Part shown: one piece after another, positions 33,141 to 45,300 of the stretch | Layout: the number at the start of each line of letters is the position of its first letter | Position numbering within the stretch: the stretch's first letter is position 1 | Assembly (NCBI GenBank): GCA_036172245.1 | Contig: JAYWIR010000006.1 | Coordinates: 2,914,001-2,978,000, forward strand | Length of the DNA stretch: 64,000 nucleotides | DNA from: Raillietiella orientalis | Taxonomy: Eukaryota | Direction of reading: 5' to 3' | Translations under genes and position numbers: made by a program | The notes under the pieces: generated by a model | The model's input: the letters and a program-made list of their open reading frames with translations, nothing else | Database searches by the model: none | Told to the model about the DNA's origin: nothing

Positions 33141-35719
33141 GAGGATATATTCCCAGAGCGTGGAGAAGCGAGCTACTCTCTTCGGGAAGCGTCCCTTCGT
33201 GGTTTTCTTCCTAGGACGAAGCAAGGAGCGGTTCCCTCGAGGGTTGCCTCCGGCGAAGAAGAGAGGAGTGGTCCTCAGAAGCCGGGGAGTCGCTCCGGAG
33301 AGAATTAGGAAGAGGTGGTTCCTTTCGGAGACAACCATGGCGAGGGCCCTTCCGTCGTCTGTCGGGTGCTCCTGGAGGGACGACCTCCTCCGGCTACAGG
33401 AAGACCTCCGCTGGTTCCTTGGAAGCGCAGCTCCCCCGCGCACGCGAGGCTTCCTCGCGGGCGCCGCCTAGCCCTCGTCGATGAGGGTCAGGAAGATCCG
33501 GCCTGCTCTCCCTCGACTCTGGGATCCTGCAGGGTCCTGATGTCCCCTCTCCCTCCTTTTCGGCTCGTCCCGAACCCACCCTCAGAGGGACCAACAGCTT
33601 GGCTGTTCCTCCGCCCCTTCTGGCCAAAGAGAGTCCGGAAACCTTGGGGATGCCCCTCCGCAGCCTTTAGACGAGGATCCCGGAGAGACACGGCACAAAA
33701 CGAAACACCACGGAACAGCCCTTTTCGACGCCATTGGGGAGGCCTCGACCCGGGCGGTCGGCGGGTAAGGAGAGAGGGGACCGCTCTTCCTCACCTCTGC
33801 TGCGATTTCCCGGAGCCGAAAGCGCTGCGACAGTAGTCGACGGGAGCCGGGAGAGGCAACGCTTCTATCTAGAGGTGCGAAGCGAAAGGCGAAGGGGAGC
33901 GTAGGCAGGGAACGACGTCCTCGGAAAGGGGAGGTCCTCAGGCGGGAAAACAGGGGCGGCGCCGGGAACGAAATTCTCTTGCATTTTTCATCGCTTCGCG
34001 TGCTCGGCGAGGGACGATTTCGGACTTCCAGGGTGAACGGACGCGATGTCTCCATTATCCCTTATCGCGGGGGGGAAACTCTGCAGCCCGAGCAGCCTCG
34101 CTGAAATTTCTTCCCCATGGCTCCCCTCCCGCGAGGAACAAAGAAGCTGATGCATAAAACAATGGATCAATCTCCAGAGTGCTCTTGAGTCTCCATCTGA
34201 TCTCTCGGTTAACGGGCCTTCTCAGCATCCGACCGATCGGCAGGTGTCAGCGCTCCACAATTTGATGCTTCCAAGTGTTCACAGCGGCTCACGGAAACCC
34301 AGCGCATAAAGTGATGAAAAAATAATGGCGTGCGCCAACCGAAGAAATTCGAGCTCGGACCGTCGGGATGGGAAAAAACCAAAGTGAAATAACAAGCAAC
34401 GAGGACGGCAACGGCAGGGGAGGGGGGGGGGAACCAAATCTGGGCCGGTAAATGGAGTTTCGTACGAGAGCCGTAGCCTCTAGCGAGTATCCGCTGCACT
34501 TGTTAAGGGAAGTTTCTCAATCTTCCACGTAGATGACAGGTCCAGCCCACACGAGTCAGAGGCGCATAGGCTCTCTCTCGGGTGCGGATACCCGAAGAGG
34601 AGAGTGGAGGAGGGAGGAAGAGAGTCATGGAGAGGGTCCCGGGGAAGCGATTGCGTATCTCACGTGAAAGGGGAGAGAAAATGGACCTCAAGAGGTCTCC
34701 CGGGCTGCTACCTGGGGACGGACCGGCGTACTCAAGTCCACCCTGAACGAAAAGGGTTGGGACGCGCAGACTCAAATCCATGCCATCCGGGATCCGGGAG
34801 AAGCTCGAAAGCACCCCGAAGAAAGGGAGGAAGCCCTTGCGTGGACGGAAGGGAGACGAACATGAGCCGGACGTCTGAACCGTCGTCCGCTCCGCGATCG
34901 GCCTATCCGGTCGCGGCGGGACTCCGAGTACGGGACGCCTGCGGCTGTCCGGGTAAGCCGAGGAGTCCACGAATGATAGACGGCGTTCCACCATTGGGAG
35001 GACGCGCGCGGGAGGGCGACCATCGCAGTTAGTGGGATACTCCTCAGGGAGCGCTTCGGAGAGGGGAGGAGGGCGAACTCCACAATGCACGAACGCCCCT
35101 GGCGGCGAAAGCGAGACCGACTCTCGGTCACGCTCTCGACAGCCGACCCGGGGGGGATGCGCTTCTCGTCAGATTCCCCCGACGCCGTTGCCGGGGTGAC
35201 GGGAGTCTTCCGTTTTTTTCCGCTGCGATCTGTGAGTCATTGTCCCGATCCCAGTGACCGGTACCTCTCCCCCGCCGATGACGGGCCGGTAGCGGGCGTT
35301 CTCCCGCACCCGCGTCCCGGATCGACAGAAGGGGTGATAAATCGCCCTCGCGGCGCCTCCTCCTCGCGGGAATCGCATTGAGGGATTCCCCACGCATCTC
35401 CTCGTGTTCTTCCTTGATGTGAAGGGAAGGAGAGGGGGAGGGGAAACGAGAAACAGGAGAGCTCCCGCCGGCACGAGAAAAAGAGCGTTGCCTTGGAAAC
35501 GGGATCCACGGTTGCCGATCGCCCCTCGTAGGGGTTCTGGGCTCTCGCCATCTGGAGAAAAAGGAGGCACAGTGAATGAGGGATGCCTACCTGCCGAGAG
35601 CGTTGCGCCCACTCCCGCGCTACGGGCGAGAAGACCCACGGAAAGCCAGGCGGCCTCCAGGGGCGCTCACGTATGGCGGCCGGTCAGCGGCTCCGGGCTT
35701 CTAGGATGCGTCCCGAAAG

Positions 35720-36430
35720 CCTGGTCGTTGTTCGGGCACGATATGAGCGCTGACCTCCTCGCCCTGCGCCTCCGGAAGAGTGGCAAGGCACCAAGCCCCC
35801 GGCGTGCCAAGAGCGCCTCGGGAGGATGGCACGACTGACCACGTCCAGGGCACCTCCTTCACCCCTTCGGCGTGGACAACCGTTCCAGAGGAGGGGATGG
35901 GGCGCAGGCCAGCCGTTCAGAGATGGCTCCTTTCGTCCACCCGCTCTTCAATCGCCTCTGCGCCATCACTCGGGTCGTCCTTACGCCGTCCTGTGGTCAC
36001 TCTCTGGCACGCGGTCGCCCGCTGCACCGCGAAGTCCTCGCTTCGCAGAACCGTCGCCAAGCTTCCCATTACCTGGGCCACAGTAGCGAAGGACAGGCAC
36101 GACGCAGGGAGGGAGATGGAGCCCACCCGACTTCCCCGTAGGTCCATCCGGGGGTCGCCCGTCGGTCCCCGAACGCTGAGGGCGCTGCCCTCCGCGACTT
36201 CCGCCTGTGACCTGCCGCATTTCGACGCACGTGAGGGTCGCAAGGGTCGCCGGGTTCAGGCAGCGGCAGCACTCCCGCCGGAGGAGCCACGAAAGGGACC
36301 ATTGTGAGCTCGTCTCTTCCATTCGAGTTGCCGACCCCCCTCCTCCTCTTGCTGGCGTGGAAGCACCTCGAAGCGCGCCAAGGCATAAAGCGGCGACATT
36401 TCCCGTGCCAGCCATACGACGCGCCGCCGC
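35720..36430 (+). mobile_element. Possible DIRS MT/YR remnant
   Basis: WSLFG...ADLLA, RTLRALPSATSA and PPPLAGVE...KAATF, in DIRS order. Confidence 0.3.
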
Positions 36431-39129
36431 GGACACGGAAGAGGCGCCTTCGCTGGTCAGGCGAACCCGTCATAAACAAACCCGTAATCAGGGTAATGGG
36501 GCTGGGATTTTAGCAGCCATGGACCACGGCCGTATACCGAAGAAGCGAATAGGAGGCGGCCTTCGCCACCGCCCGCATACAACCGTTTCCTCTGCAGCGC
36601 CCTTCCATCCTTCCCCTCGTCCTTTCTCATCCTTCTTCTCTTCCGGCAGGACCTGGAAGACGTTCTTCTTTCTCAGAGCGATGGTCGGGACCTCGCCGGA
36701 TTTCTGATTGCGGTCCAGGCACCCGCAGTCACCCTGCAGGCGCCAGAGCATGGAAAATTCGGAGAGGAAGGTGCCAAAGAGGCGTTAGGCTCGCTCTGCT
36801 TCCCTGAGGCACAGCCTCGGAGAGAGTAGGGTAAGACGCCGCTGGACCACCTGTCCACTTTTGCACAGGCGGACCCGCTTCCTGCCCCGGGAAAAGGTCA
36901 TCTCCGTCATCGACGCGGCTGCCATCGCCTCTACCGCCGTTCTGCCGTGTTCGAGCGCGACGGGCTTGGCGCAGCAGCCAAGGGGTGGGCCGCCAAAGGG
37001 CAATCCTGCAGCAACCGCTCCGTGGATGCTCGCCTTGTCTGCGCCTCCGTGAACATCCCTGCTTGTTCCTGCCCAGGAGGAATGGGCTCTTCCGTTCCCC
37101 CAACTCCTGCCGAAGGCTTTAACGGTCGTCGGAGCTGCACGGGCTGCTTGCTTCGCGGGCCGAAGACCCTGAGCGTCTTCGCGGAGTCCGTGGCAGAAGC
37201 AGCAGCATCACCTGCGGTGAGTTCTCGCGCTCTTTTGCCTTCCAACCCTGCCGGGCGTCTCCTGGGAAACGCGCCGTCAAAGGGACGAGCTGAAGAAGTG
37301 AACACGGGAGAAAAGGGCAAGCCCCAGGCGCCGTCCCTCCTTCCCGGCTTCCTAGCCCGCGAACCAGAGCCCCAGGATGCTGCCCGGCGACGTCGTCCAA
37401 CCGAGAGGACTCGCTCTCTCCGCAGCCGCTGCACGCAAGTGGCGTTGCCTCGCCCTCCCCTCGTCGGCCACCTCCAGGAGCCGAACCCTTTTCCCTGAGA
37501 AACAGCGCTTCGCTGCACGGACCTGGGAAGGCACTGATCCAGGTCCTTGGTCCTCGACCTCTCCTGCCGTCTCCTGCCGCGCGCCGCCGCCTTCTTTCCC
37601 ATTTTCCTCGGCGCGCTCCGGCGCGCTGCCAGACAGGCGAGAGCCTTCCTGCCGACGGCGGGCGCCCGCTCTCCTCGCATCCCGTCCCTGCGAGTCCAGG
37701 AGACGGCCGCGAGCTGCTCGCGCTCTTTCCTCGGTTTCTCTCTCCCGATTCTTTTTATTAACGGGGTGAAGAGGTGTTTCTTAGAGGATCAGGAGAATCC
37801 GATCCTTTCTTATGGGACTCATTAGGCGGAATTACATGCTACGCGCTTTCGTTTCCTCCTTGGAGGTTGGAGACGCAAACACGCAAAACAGGGAGAGAAG
37901 GACGAAGATCACGCACCGTGAAACAAAAGGCAAAGAAAGGAAAATCACTTCCCGAGGAAGGCGAAAGGCGGCAGCAGCAGCTTTCATCTAGGGAATTTAA
38001 TTACTCGCAAGATGATGGGGAAAGAGGGGATGAAGGGGGGGAAGGACCTTCCAGATACCGACTATGCAGCCTCTTAGCTGTGGAATCGGCGACGGAAAAG
38101 CCACGAATGCGGAGACTGCGGTGGCGCGATCGAGGCCCTTTTTTTGGATTTGAGAAAGTGGGGGAACGGGGGGAAGGAGGAAGCATGGACCGGGAGGGGA
38201 GTTTCCAGCTGGCGGATACATACGTGGCGGGGTGGGGTGAACATCTCTGGCGCGCTGCCCATTTTTGTTCCGCTTGGGAGAACTGCGCCGTTCTGGCACC
38301 GCGTTTACACTGGGGTGCCCCCTTTCGGCAGAAGAGACAACTCTTCCGTTGCAGTGGAACTTCTCCGGAGGATCGTTGGGGCGCCCGATGACGGCATCGC
38401 GGGAGGAGGAGAGCCGGTGTTGGGTTTCGAACGCCTAGCAACCCCCGTCCGCTGACCCCACACTCATTGTTGTGAGGGGAGCTGCTGAGGGGGGTATTCA
38501 TCCTACTTGCATTCCCCGCGCGAAACCTGCGTGCCGTCGCTGCTGCGGACTCAGCCTGCCCCAAGTGCCGCGCGACGATCTGTGTCCGACTCCCTTCGCC
38601 TGTCTCTGGGGGACACCGAGAAAGACCCGCAGGACACGGCTGGTTTGGCGCATGCCCATGATCCCAACGGATCCACCCGCACGGACGCTTGCTCCACCCT
38701 GGAGGAGAAACAGAGAGAGCGATGTTGCTCGCTTTCCACCCTACCCTACCCCCACTCTTGTCAGTGGCTGCCCGCTCTTTCATCGAAACCCTGACCTCGG
38801 TGAAAATTCCGCGGCGTTCGAAGATGAACTTCCGGGAGCAGTCCGGTCAACAGATTCGAACCGTACGTAGCTTCAGGATGGCCGTCGTTGCCTACGGGTT
38901 CTTTTTCGGGCCACCAAGGCGAGATCTGCACGCGCGGTGCACTGAGAAGCCTCCAGATCCTGTGTCATCGGTGCGGGTGGCTGGCAGGAGAAAAAGGGCT
39001 GAGCGCCTCCGGGAGTCAGCCTGCCCCCCGCGATGCTCAACCACTACCTTGACCCCAGGCTCGTCTCCACCGGGAAGCACGGCGAGGGACGAGATCGGGC
39101 CGCTGGGAGTCCACGGCACATGCCGTCCT

Positions 39130-40030
39130 GGAGGCGTCGCTGAGACTCTCGCTTTCCTGATTAGCAGCTGCTCTGCAGCCGGAAGCTGGAGAGTCTCCGC
39201 CGCGCATCTACCCGCGGGAGGGACAGACAGGCTTCCCGCCTCTGGTCGAATTCCCTTGCCTGCGGCCAAGTTCCGCGCCAGATGGCAGCGCCAGGATCAG
39301 ATGTCCTTTGCTTTACTCTTCGTGCGTGTGCGTGAGCGTGGGGGAATTCTGGAGACGGCAATTCGAGGCTTCCAGGAGAGTTTAAAAGCTGTTCCTTTGC
39401 GATTCGGCAAAAATCCGGGACTCGGGAATAACCGAGAGAATTCAGGGATGGAAGAAAGAAAGCGAAGGCTTTCCCTCGTAGTCCGGCTGCAGCCAGGTGA
39501 CCATTACGTGAAAACCCTTTCTTTGCTGGAAGCGCCTCATCGTGGAGCTAAAGGTCCCTCTCTTCTGCACCCTTCGCGTTCACCTCTCGCTCGAGCCCCC
39601 AGATTTCCTAGAAACCGCGCTTCGGGAAGCAGGAAGTGTGCATGCTGATTTCAAGATCTCTGGCCCGAGGAGACGCTTCTTCAAAAGCACGAAAGAGGAG
39701 CGCCCAAAAACGGAAGCAAGGAGAAAAGGGGTGGAGGCGAAATGTCCCTGAAAAGTCGTTCACTGCTTGGGAGGGAGGGATGAGCAGTAAGAAGCAGCGA
39801 GACTTTTAGGCAGAGTACGTGGAACATCTCTTATTGCTGCTATTGGAATGTCGCTGCTTGTCATCTCAACAGTTTCAACTCCGCATCTTAGTAATCACTC
39901 TCCCGCCATCCTCTTTGGAAGCCAATCACCGCCACAGCCAAGCTTCTGGCGCCCCCTCCATGCTCTCGCACAGCAACGTGGTGTTCGTCTCCAAGAGGAA
40001 GTAACAGAAGGCACTTTTCTTGGCAGATGT
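39130..40030 (+). mobile_element. Possible DIRS YR remnant
   Basis: ETLAFLISSCSA...RVS (box I-like), with ITLP and RPLHAL later. Confidence 0.25.
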
Positions 40031-42310
40031 AACAGAGAACGAACTCAGTGGAGCCTCCTCCCCCTTGGAGCCGCGATCCCATCCCTTCGCGGCAGACGGT
40101 GCTTGCCATCGGCGGATCTTCCCGGCTGCGAGAGATCCCTCGTTTGCCTAGTCAGCATATGAACCATCATCCATCCGTGGCTGAGAAAAAAGAAAGATCC
40201 GCCCGCCGCCCCATCTGATTGCCCCCTGACAGCCTGTTTTTTTTTCCTGCTGACTCTGTGCCCAGCCCACAAGCCATCCGACGAATACAAATGAATGGAG
40301 CGTCTGGAGACCGCACGTTCCTCAGGAGGAGGAAGGTTGGAGGGCAGCCAGCCTGCGGGAAGGAGCGGAAGGGAGGAAGGGAAGGTCCCTCCTAGAGGGT
40401 CGTCCCAACGGCCGCGCTGCGCGAGGATCGTCCCGCCGAAGCTGAGATTCTCGGGTTCCCTGGATTCGGGGATCGGTCAGCGCGGCTGCTTCGGGCTCAC
40501 CCCGCTCCGGGAGACGTAGCTGCTGATGCTGATACTCTTCCACCGCTTTGGGAGAGGCACTCTTTCAGAAGGAACGGAGGAGAATTATGAAATTCTTCCA
40601 CTTTGTCGGTCTGTAGGAAGCACTTGGGAGTCTCAGCGGTGGACGAGGTGCACACGCGGTCTCTATTTGCGCGCGCCAGCTCTGCCAATTCTCCTCGCGC
40701 TCACGACCCCATTCCCTTCTTCTTTATCTCTTCTTTAGTTCCTCTTATCATTAGAATGGAAAAAAACTAAGCGGATTGGGAAGAAGGGAGGTTGGCACTG
40801 GCTCCTGCCTCCCACAGGGACTCAAAGACCGCTAGATCCTTACGATTCGAAGGACGCGACTCAGAGATCAGTCACTTGAAGCGGCGCGGTGGCGAACTCC
40901 CTGTTCGATGCACGGTTTCTCCCCGGTTTGGCGCTCTCCTCCCGCTGTCGGGGTCGTTTTCAACCAGAAGGGGAGTGAGGGTCCAGGAAAGGGAAGAGGC
41001 GAAAAGGGCAAGCAGAGGAACCTCTGGAAAGGTCGCGCCTCGCGGCGGCCCGCTTCCTTCCAGCTCTTGGCGGAGGAGAACGAGTCCTCGTTCGTGGGCA
41101 CAGCGTCCCGACGTCCCCTCCGCTGCTGGCTGGAGCGCGGAAGGAAGGACGGGATACGGAAGGGGTGTCTCCGAACTAGACAGTATGTACTTTCGGCGGG
41201 CCACGGAAAGAGGCCGTGCCGCCACCAGAGGGACAGCAGAGACAAAGTGCGCGTCCCTCGTCTCTGCGGAACCCTATGGAGGGAAGCCCTGATTTTCCAG
41301 GCGCCATCCCTCTTGGGCAGAGCACTCTCCGAGTCCGCTCCCGTCGCCGGAGATGTCTGGCTGATCGAAAGCGCTGCAGGTTGCACGGCAGCAGCACTGC
41401 CCGCCTCGATGGCGATCGAGATGCGGGAAACGCGCGCGAACCCGTTAGGGGAGTCCTCCCCTGCGGAACCCCATGGCAGGAAGCGACCGGGTGCGGAAAA
41501 AGCCCCGGTCCCGTGTCCCCCATCACCCTGCGCTGGACCGAGACGGAGACCCTCAGTCCCGCCGTCAAAGTACCCAGCCAAGGGCCGCACGAGGCGTTCG
41601 TTGCCACACCAACGGGAGACGAACCTCTCGAATCCGCAGCTTAGGAACAGCGCTCCGCTCCCAAAAAGCAAGGAGGAAGAAGCGCAGGATGCATGGACTC
41701 TGGCAGGTCGGGAGAAACCGCCCCGGCTTCGGGCTTCCAGCATGGCAGTGCCTACCGTGAGTGTCCGCACTATTGCCATGAGTCACCACGCAAGGATCGG
41801 TTGATGCAGTAGCCATTCCTCGGCCGGTTCCCTCCGTTTCGGGATCCAACCCAGAATCCCACTACCCGCTATGAGCGTGGGAGAAGCTCGACCTGGTACG
41901 ACTGGTCGGCGGCTGGTATGACGTACCCTGGAGCGATGGGGCGCTGGTACTAGACCTCTCCCGTCGGTCCTATTCAGAGCTGTCAGGGGTTTCTCCTCCC
42001 TTTCCCTTCCTTCCCCATCCCCTCCGAAGGAGGAGGGGAGACCTCTTAAGACGAACCCTATGGCAAGGACAAGGGGTTGGAGGAAACGGGCTGTGACTCC
42101 GGAGCTGCTGCGGGTCTCCGAGCAGGACCACCACTCTCAGTTCCGCCTGAGATGTTTCGGCATGATGTCATCATCTTTCAAAGAGCAGCACTACTACTGG
42201 TGTCCCCCCCCCTCCTTCCATCCCTCCTGGTAGACAGAACCAAGGTGGAAGAGGAAAGAGGCTTCCAGAGAGACAAGGGTCTCACGTCATCGGTGACTCT
42301 TTTCTACCCC

Positions 42311-42388
42311 AAAAGGAACGACCGAAACAAAAAAAAAAAAAAAAAAGGAACGACCGAAACAAAAAAAAAAAAAAAAAGGAACGACCGA
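42311..42388. repeat. Tandem GGAACGACCGAAAC-poly(A) repeat, about 2.5 copies
   Basis: GGAACGACCGA occurs three times, separated by A17-18 runs. Confidence 0.9.
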
Positions 42389-45300
42389 TGCGACCAAGGT
42401 GGTCACTTCTGCCACTGAGCTTCTGCGCTCGACAAGCTCCTTTTATTCCCGATTCTACAGGTCAGGGAGGATGTAGTCCTTCGTCACCATGCGAGGAAAG
42501 AAGGGGAAGGCAGGAAGAGGAGGCAGGGAGGAGGAAGGAGGGAACCATGAGGAGGGAAGAGGGGAGAAGGAAGGAGAAGGAGAGAAGAAGGAGGAGGGAA
42601 AGGGGATGCTTGAAACCAGTAGAAGGAAACCCCATTTCTCGCCTCCTTCTAGTTGCGGCTTCAGCTGCCAGGCATATGCATCTCTCCGAGTGGCCGGCAT
42701 GGAACTCTGGTCCGGAGGCAGCGATCTCTGCACTGCAGCTGCGGCGGAAGACGCGAGGATTTCGGAGCAGCTCATTACGGGATCTGGGAGCCGGGACTCC
42801 GAAAAATCAGGGAATACCGAGGTGGAAGGGTGAGGTGGATCTTTGTTTCTTGCGAAGGAAGAGGAGGGAAGTCTCCAAGAGATCCCCGGTTGCGAGGGCA
42901 ACCTCATTCTCGCCACCGCCACTCTCGTCCACCCCGCGGTCAGGACTGGCCGAGAGGAGTGGCGCGTTCGCACTGTCGAGGCAGCAGTGGGTCCGCACGG
43001 GAGAAGGGGGAAGATAGGGAAGAAGAGAATAAAATTCCCCAGCCGGCGTCTCGGTGGCGCAGCGCGTTTGCCGTGCGAGATGGTCCCCGCAAAGGAAGGA
43101 GATTGGCCGCAGAGGCGGAGTCCCTGGAATGACGGCGCAAGGGTGTCCTTGGGTGGAAAGGAAGGAGAGGATGGGAGGACGCCGCTCGAATCCCGAGGCG
43201 TCTCTGCCACACCGAGAAGTCCGTCAGCCGGTCCCTTCGCGGTTCCACCGCCGCGCAACCCCGAGACGTCAAGGTCGCCGGGAAGCTGCGCACCGGGAAC
43301 AGGGGGACCTGCCGCAGGGTTGCCGTCCGGTTCGGGTAAGGCTGGAAGAGTAGAGGGGCCGGGGTGAGGTAGAAGCAAGAAGGAGTCGCCTTCTTCGGGA
43401 GCTCGGCGGAGTATTCGCGCCGCCCCCGAAAAGACGGCCGACGCGAGTGGTCAAGATCGCGATGAGGACGGTGGCAAGTGAGCCCGCGTGAGTGCCCCAC
43501 CGTCGAGGTGCTGGATCGCCGGAATAAGGATCCCGCTCTGGTCTCTTCCCGAGTCTCCCCAGGACGCTCTAGGGACGACCGGAGACTCCTGCTGTCCTCT
43601 CTGGCAGGGCGTTCCCGCGGGAGCAGGGAGAGGAAAGCGGGACGCGCCCACTCGGCACGCACCATCGCCGGCGGGATCGCAGTCCCCGAACGAGCGCGAT
43701 TTCTCTATCCGCGACCGCTCCCGGCTGCCCTGCCCGTGTCTAACGAAGGAGGGGTGCGCGGACACGCCCTGGAACGCGGACCCTCACGGTCGGGGAGCGG
43801 CAAACTTCTGTCTGGATGCGTCACACCCCTGCCACGCCGGAAGCTGCGTCATCCGAGGTCCAAGAGGAGGCGACCTACGGGATCTCCCGGTATCTCTCAC
43901 CTGACGGCTTCGCCACGCGTGCCCCTTGGGAGCGTATTAACCGCGACGACGCAAAAGGCAAAAGCGCCGCGCGATTGGAGGGGTCCTTCTAGGGCACCCT
44001 TCCTCCCGGGACGTAGATGCATGCAGAAGGCAGGGTGACTCGTGGAGCACCCTGGTGCTGTGCACCAGGGCGACGATGGGGACCTCTCGCTTCGGAAGGG
44101 TCGGTTGGAGCCGCTCTCTCCCGGTTGGTCGGGATCCAGGAGCAGCCTGGGAAGGATGAGAGCTCCGGTACCTTTACCGGCGAGCGAGACAGATACTTAG
44201 GATTCGTCTCCGGCGCCGGGACCATGGCGAAGGAGGGGGACAGGGAGGATGCCGCCGCCTAGGGTCGACTCCCGAGACTTCCCGCTCATCCAACCTCGCG
44301 AAAGCAGCGCGTGCTGTCCTCGGTGCGGGCCAATCGCGGGGGATGCTTCTTGCTTCCCGGCGGCGGCCCGCTGCCCTCCTGTCCGAGGGGTTCAAAAATG
44401 GAGGCGCATTTATCCGGCCAGGGCTCTCGCGTGGGTCCCCCCTCTCCCATGCCCAGTCGAGACCTCCCCCTGCAGCGGAAGATAGGACTGCGTCCGCCTG
44501 CTCCTGCAGTCGTCAAGGAAACCGCCGTCTCTTCGAGATCCTACGTGTTCCGGGTGCTCCCCGCGCCAGCGCGCTGTTGCGGACGAGGGACCAACAGGAG
44601 GGTGGCGTGAATCGCAGCACCTTCCGCCGGAACTGCGCCCAGCCATCACGCGTCTCCTTGGTTTCGCCTTCGTCTCTTCCTGGGCGGTCGAAGGGCTCGC
44701 CCCTGTCGGCGGTTGGTCATGTGACTTCCTGGCGCAGGTCCTCCCCCTCCTCCGGCGTCCCCCGTGGAGGAAGGGTGGAGGAAAGACGCGAGGTCCTTCT
44801 GCAGAGGCGGTGACCGGGCTCATGCTGACTGATTCAGAACACGCAGCCTCTTCCCGCTCGCACGTCGGCAGGGCAGCAGCGGTCGCTTCGCGGGTTCTAT
44901 GGAAACGCTCGCGCAGCCGCCCCAGCTCACGTCCTTGGATGCCACCGTACGGACCCGAGTGGGCAAGGCGTAGAATCGCCGGTCTCCTTCGGAAACAGTC
45001 GCAGGAGGCTCCGCCCCTTTCGGCCGGCCGCGAAAGGGATGTGAGGAAAGGGGGAGAGGGGTGCCGTCCCGGCGGCCAGGATCTCTCGGTAGCCGAGGAC
45101 GACTCCTTTCCTCTCCCGGTCGGCGTCTCGGGGGCGCAAAGCACCTGCCGCGCGACGTGACCTCTGTGGAGGGGAAAGGTCGACGCCACGAGGTGTGACC
45201 TCTAGGCGCTCTAGCAGCTGATCTCCCCTTTCTGCCTCCCTTCAACCGCACCTCCTGGAAGCGAACCGCGGGGAGGAAGGCGGGAGACGTTCTTATGGTG

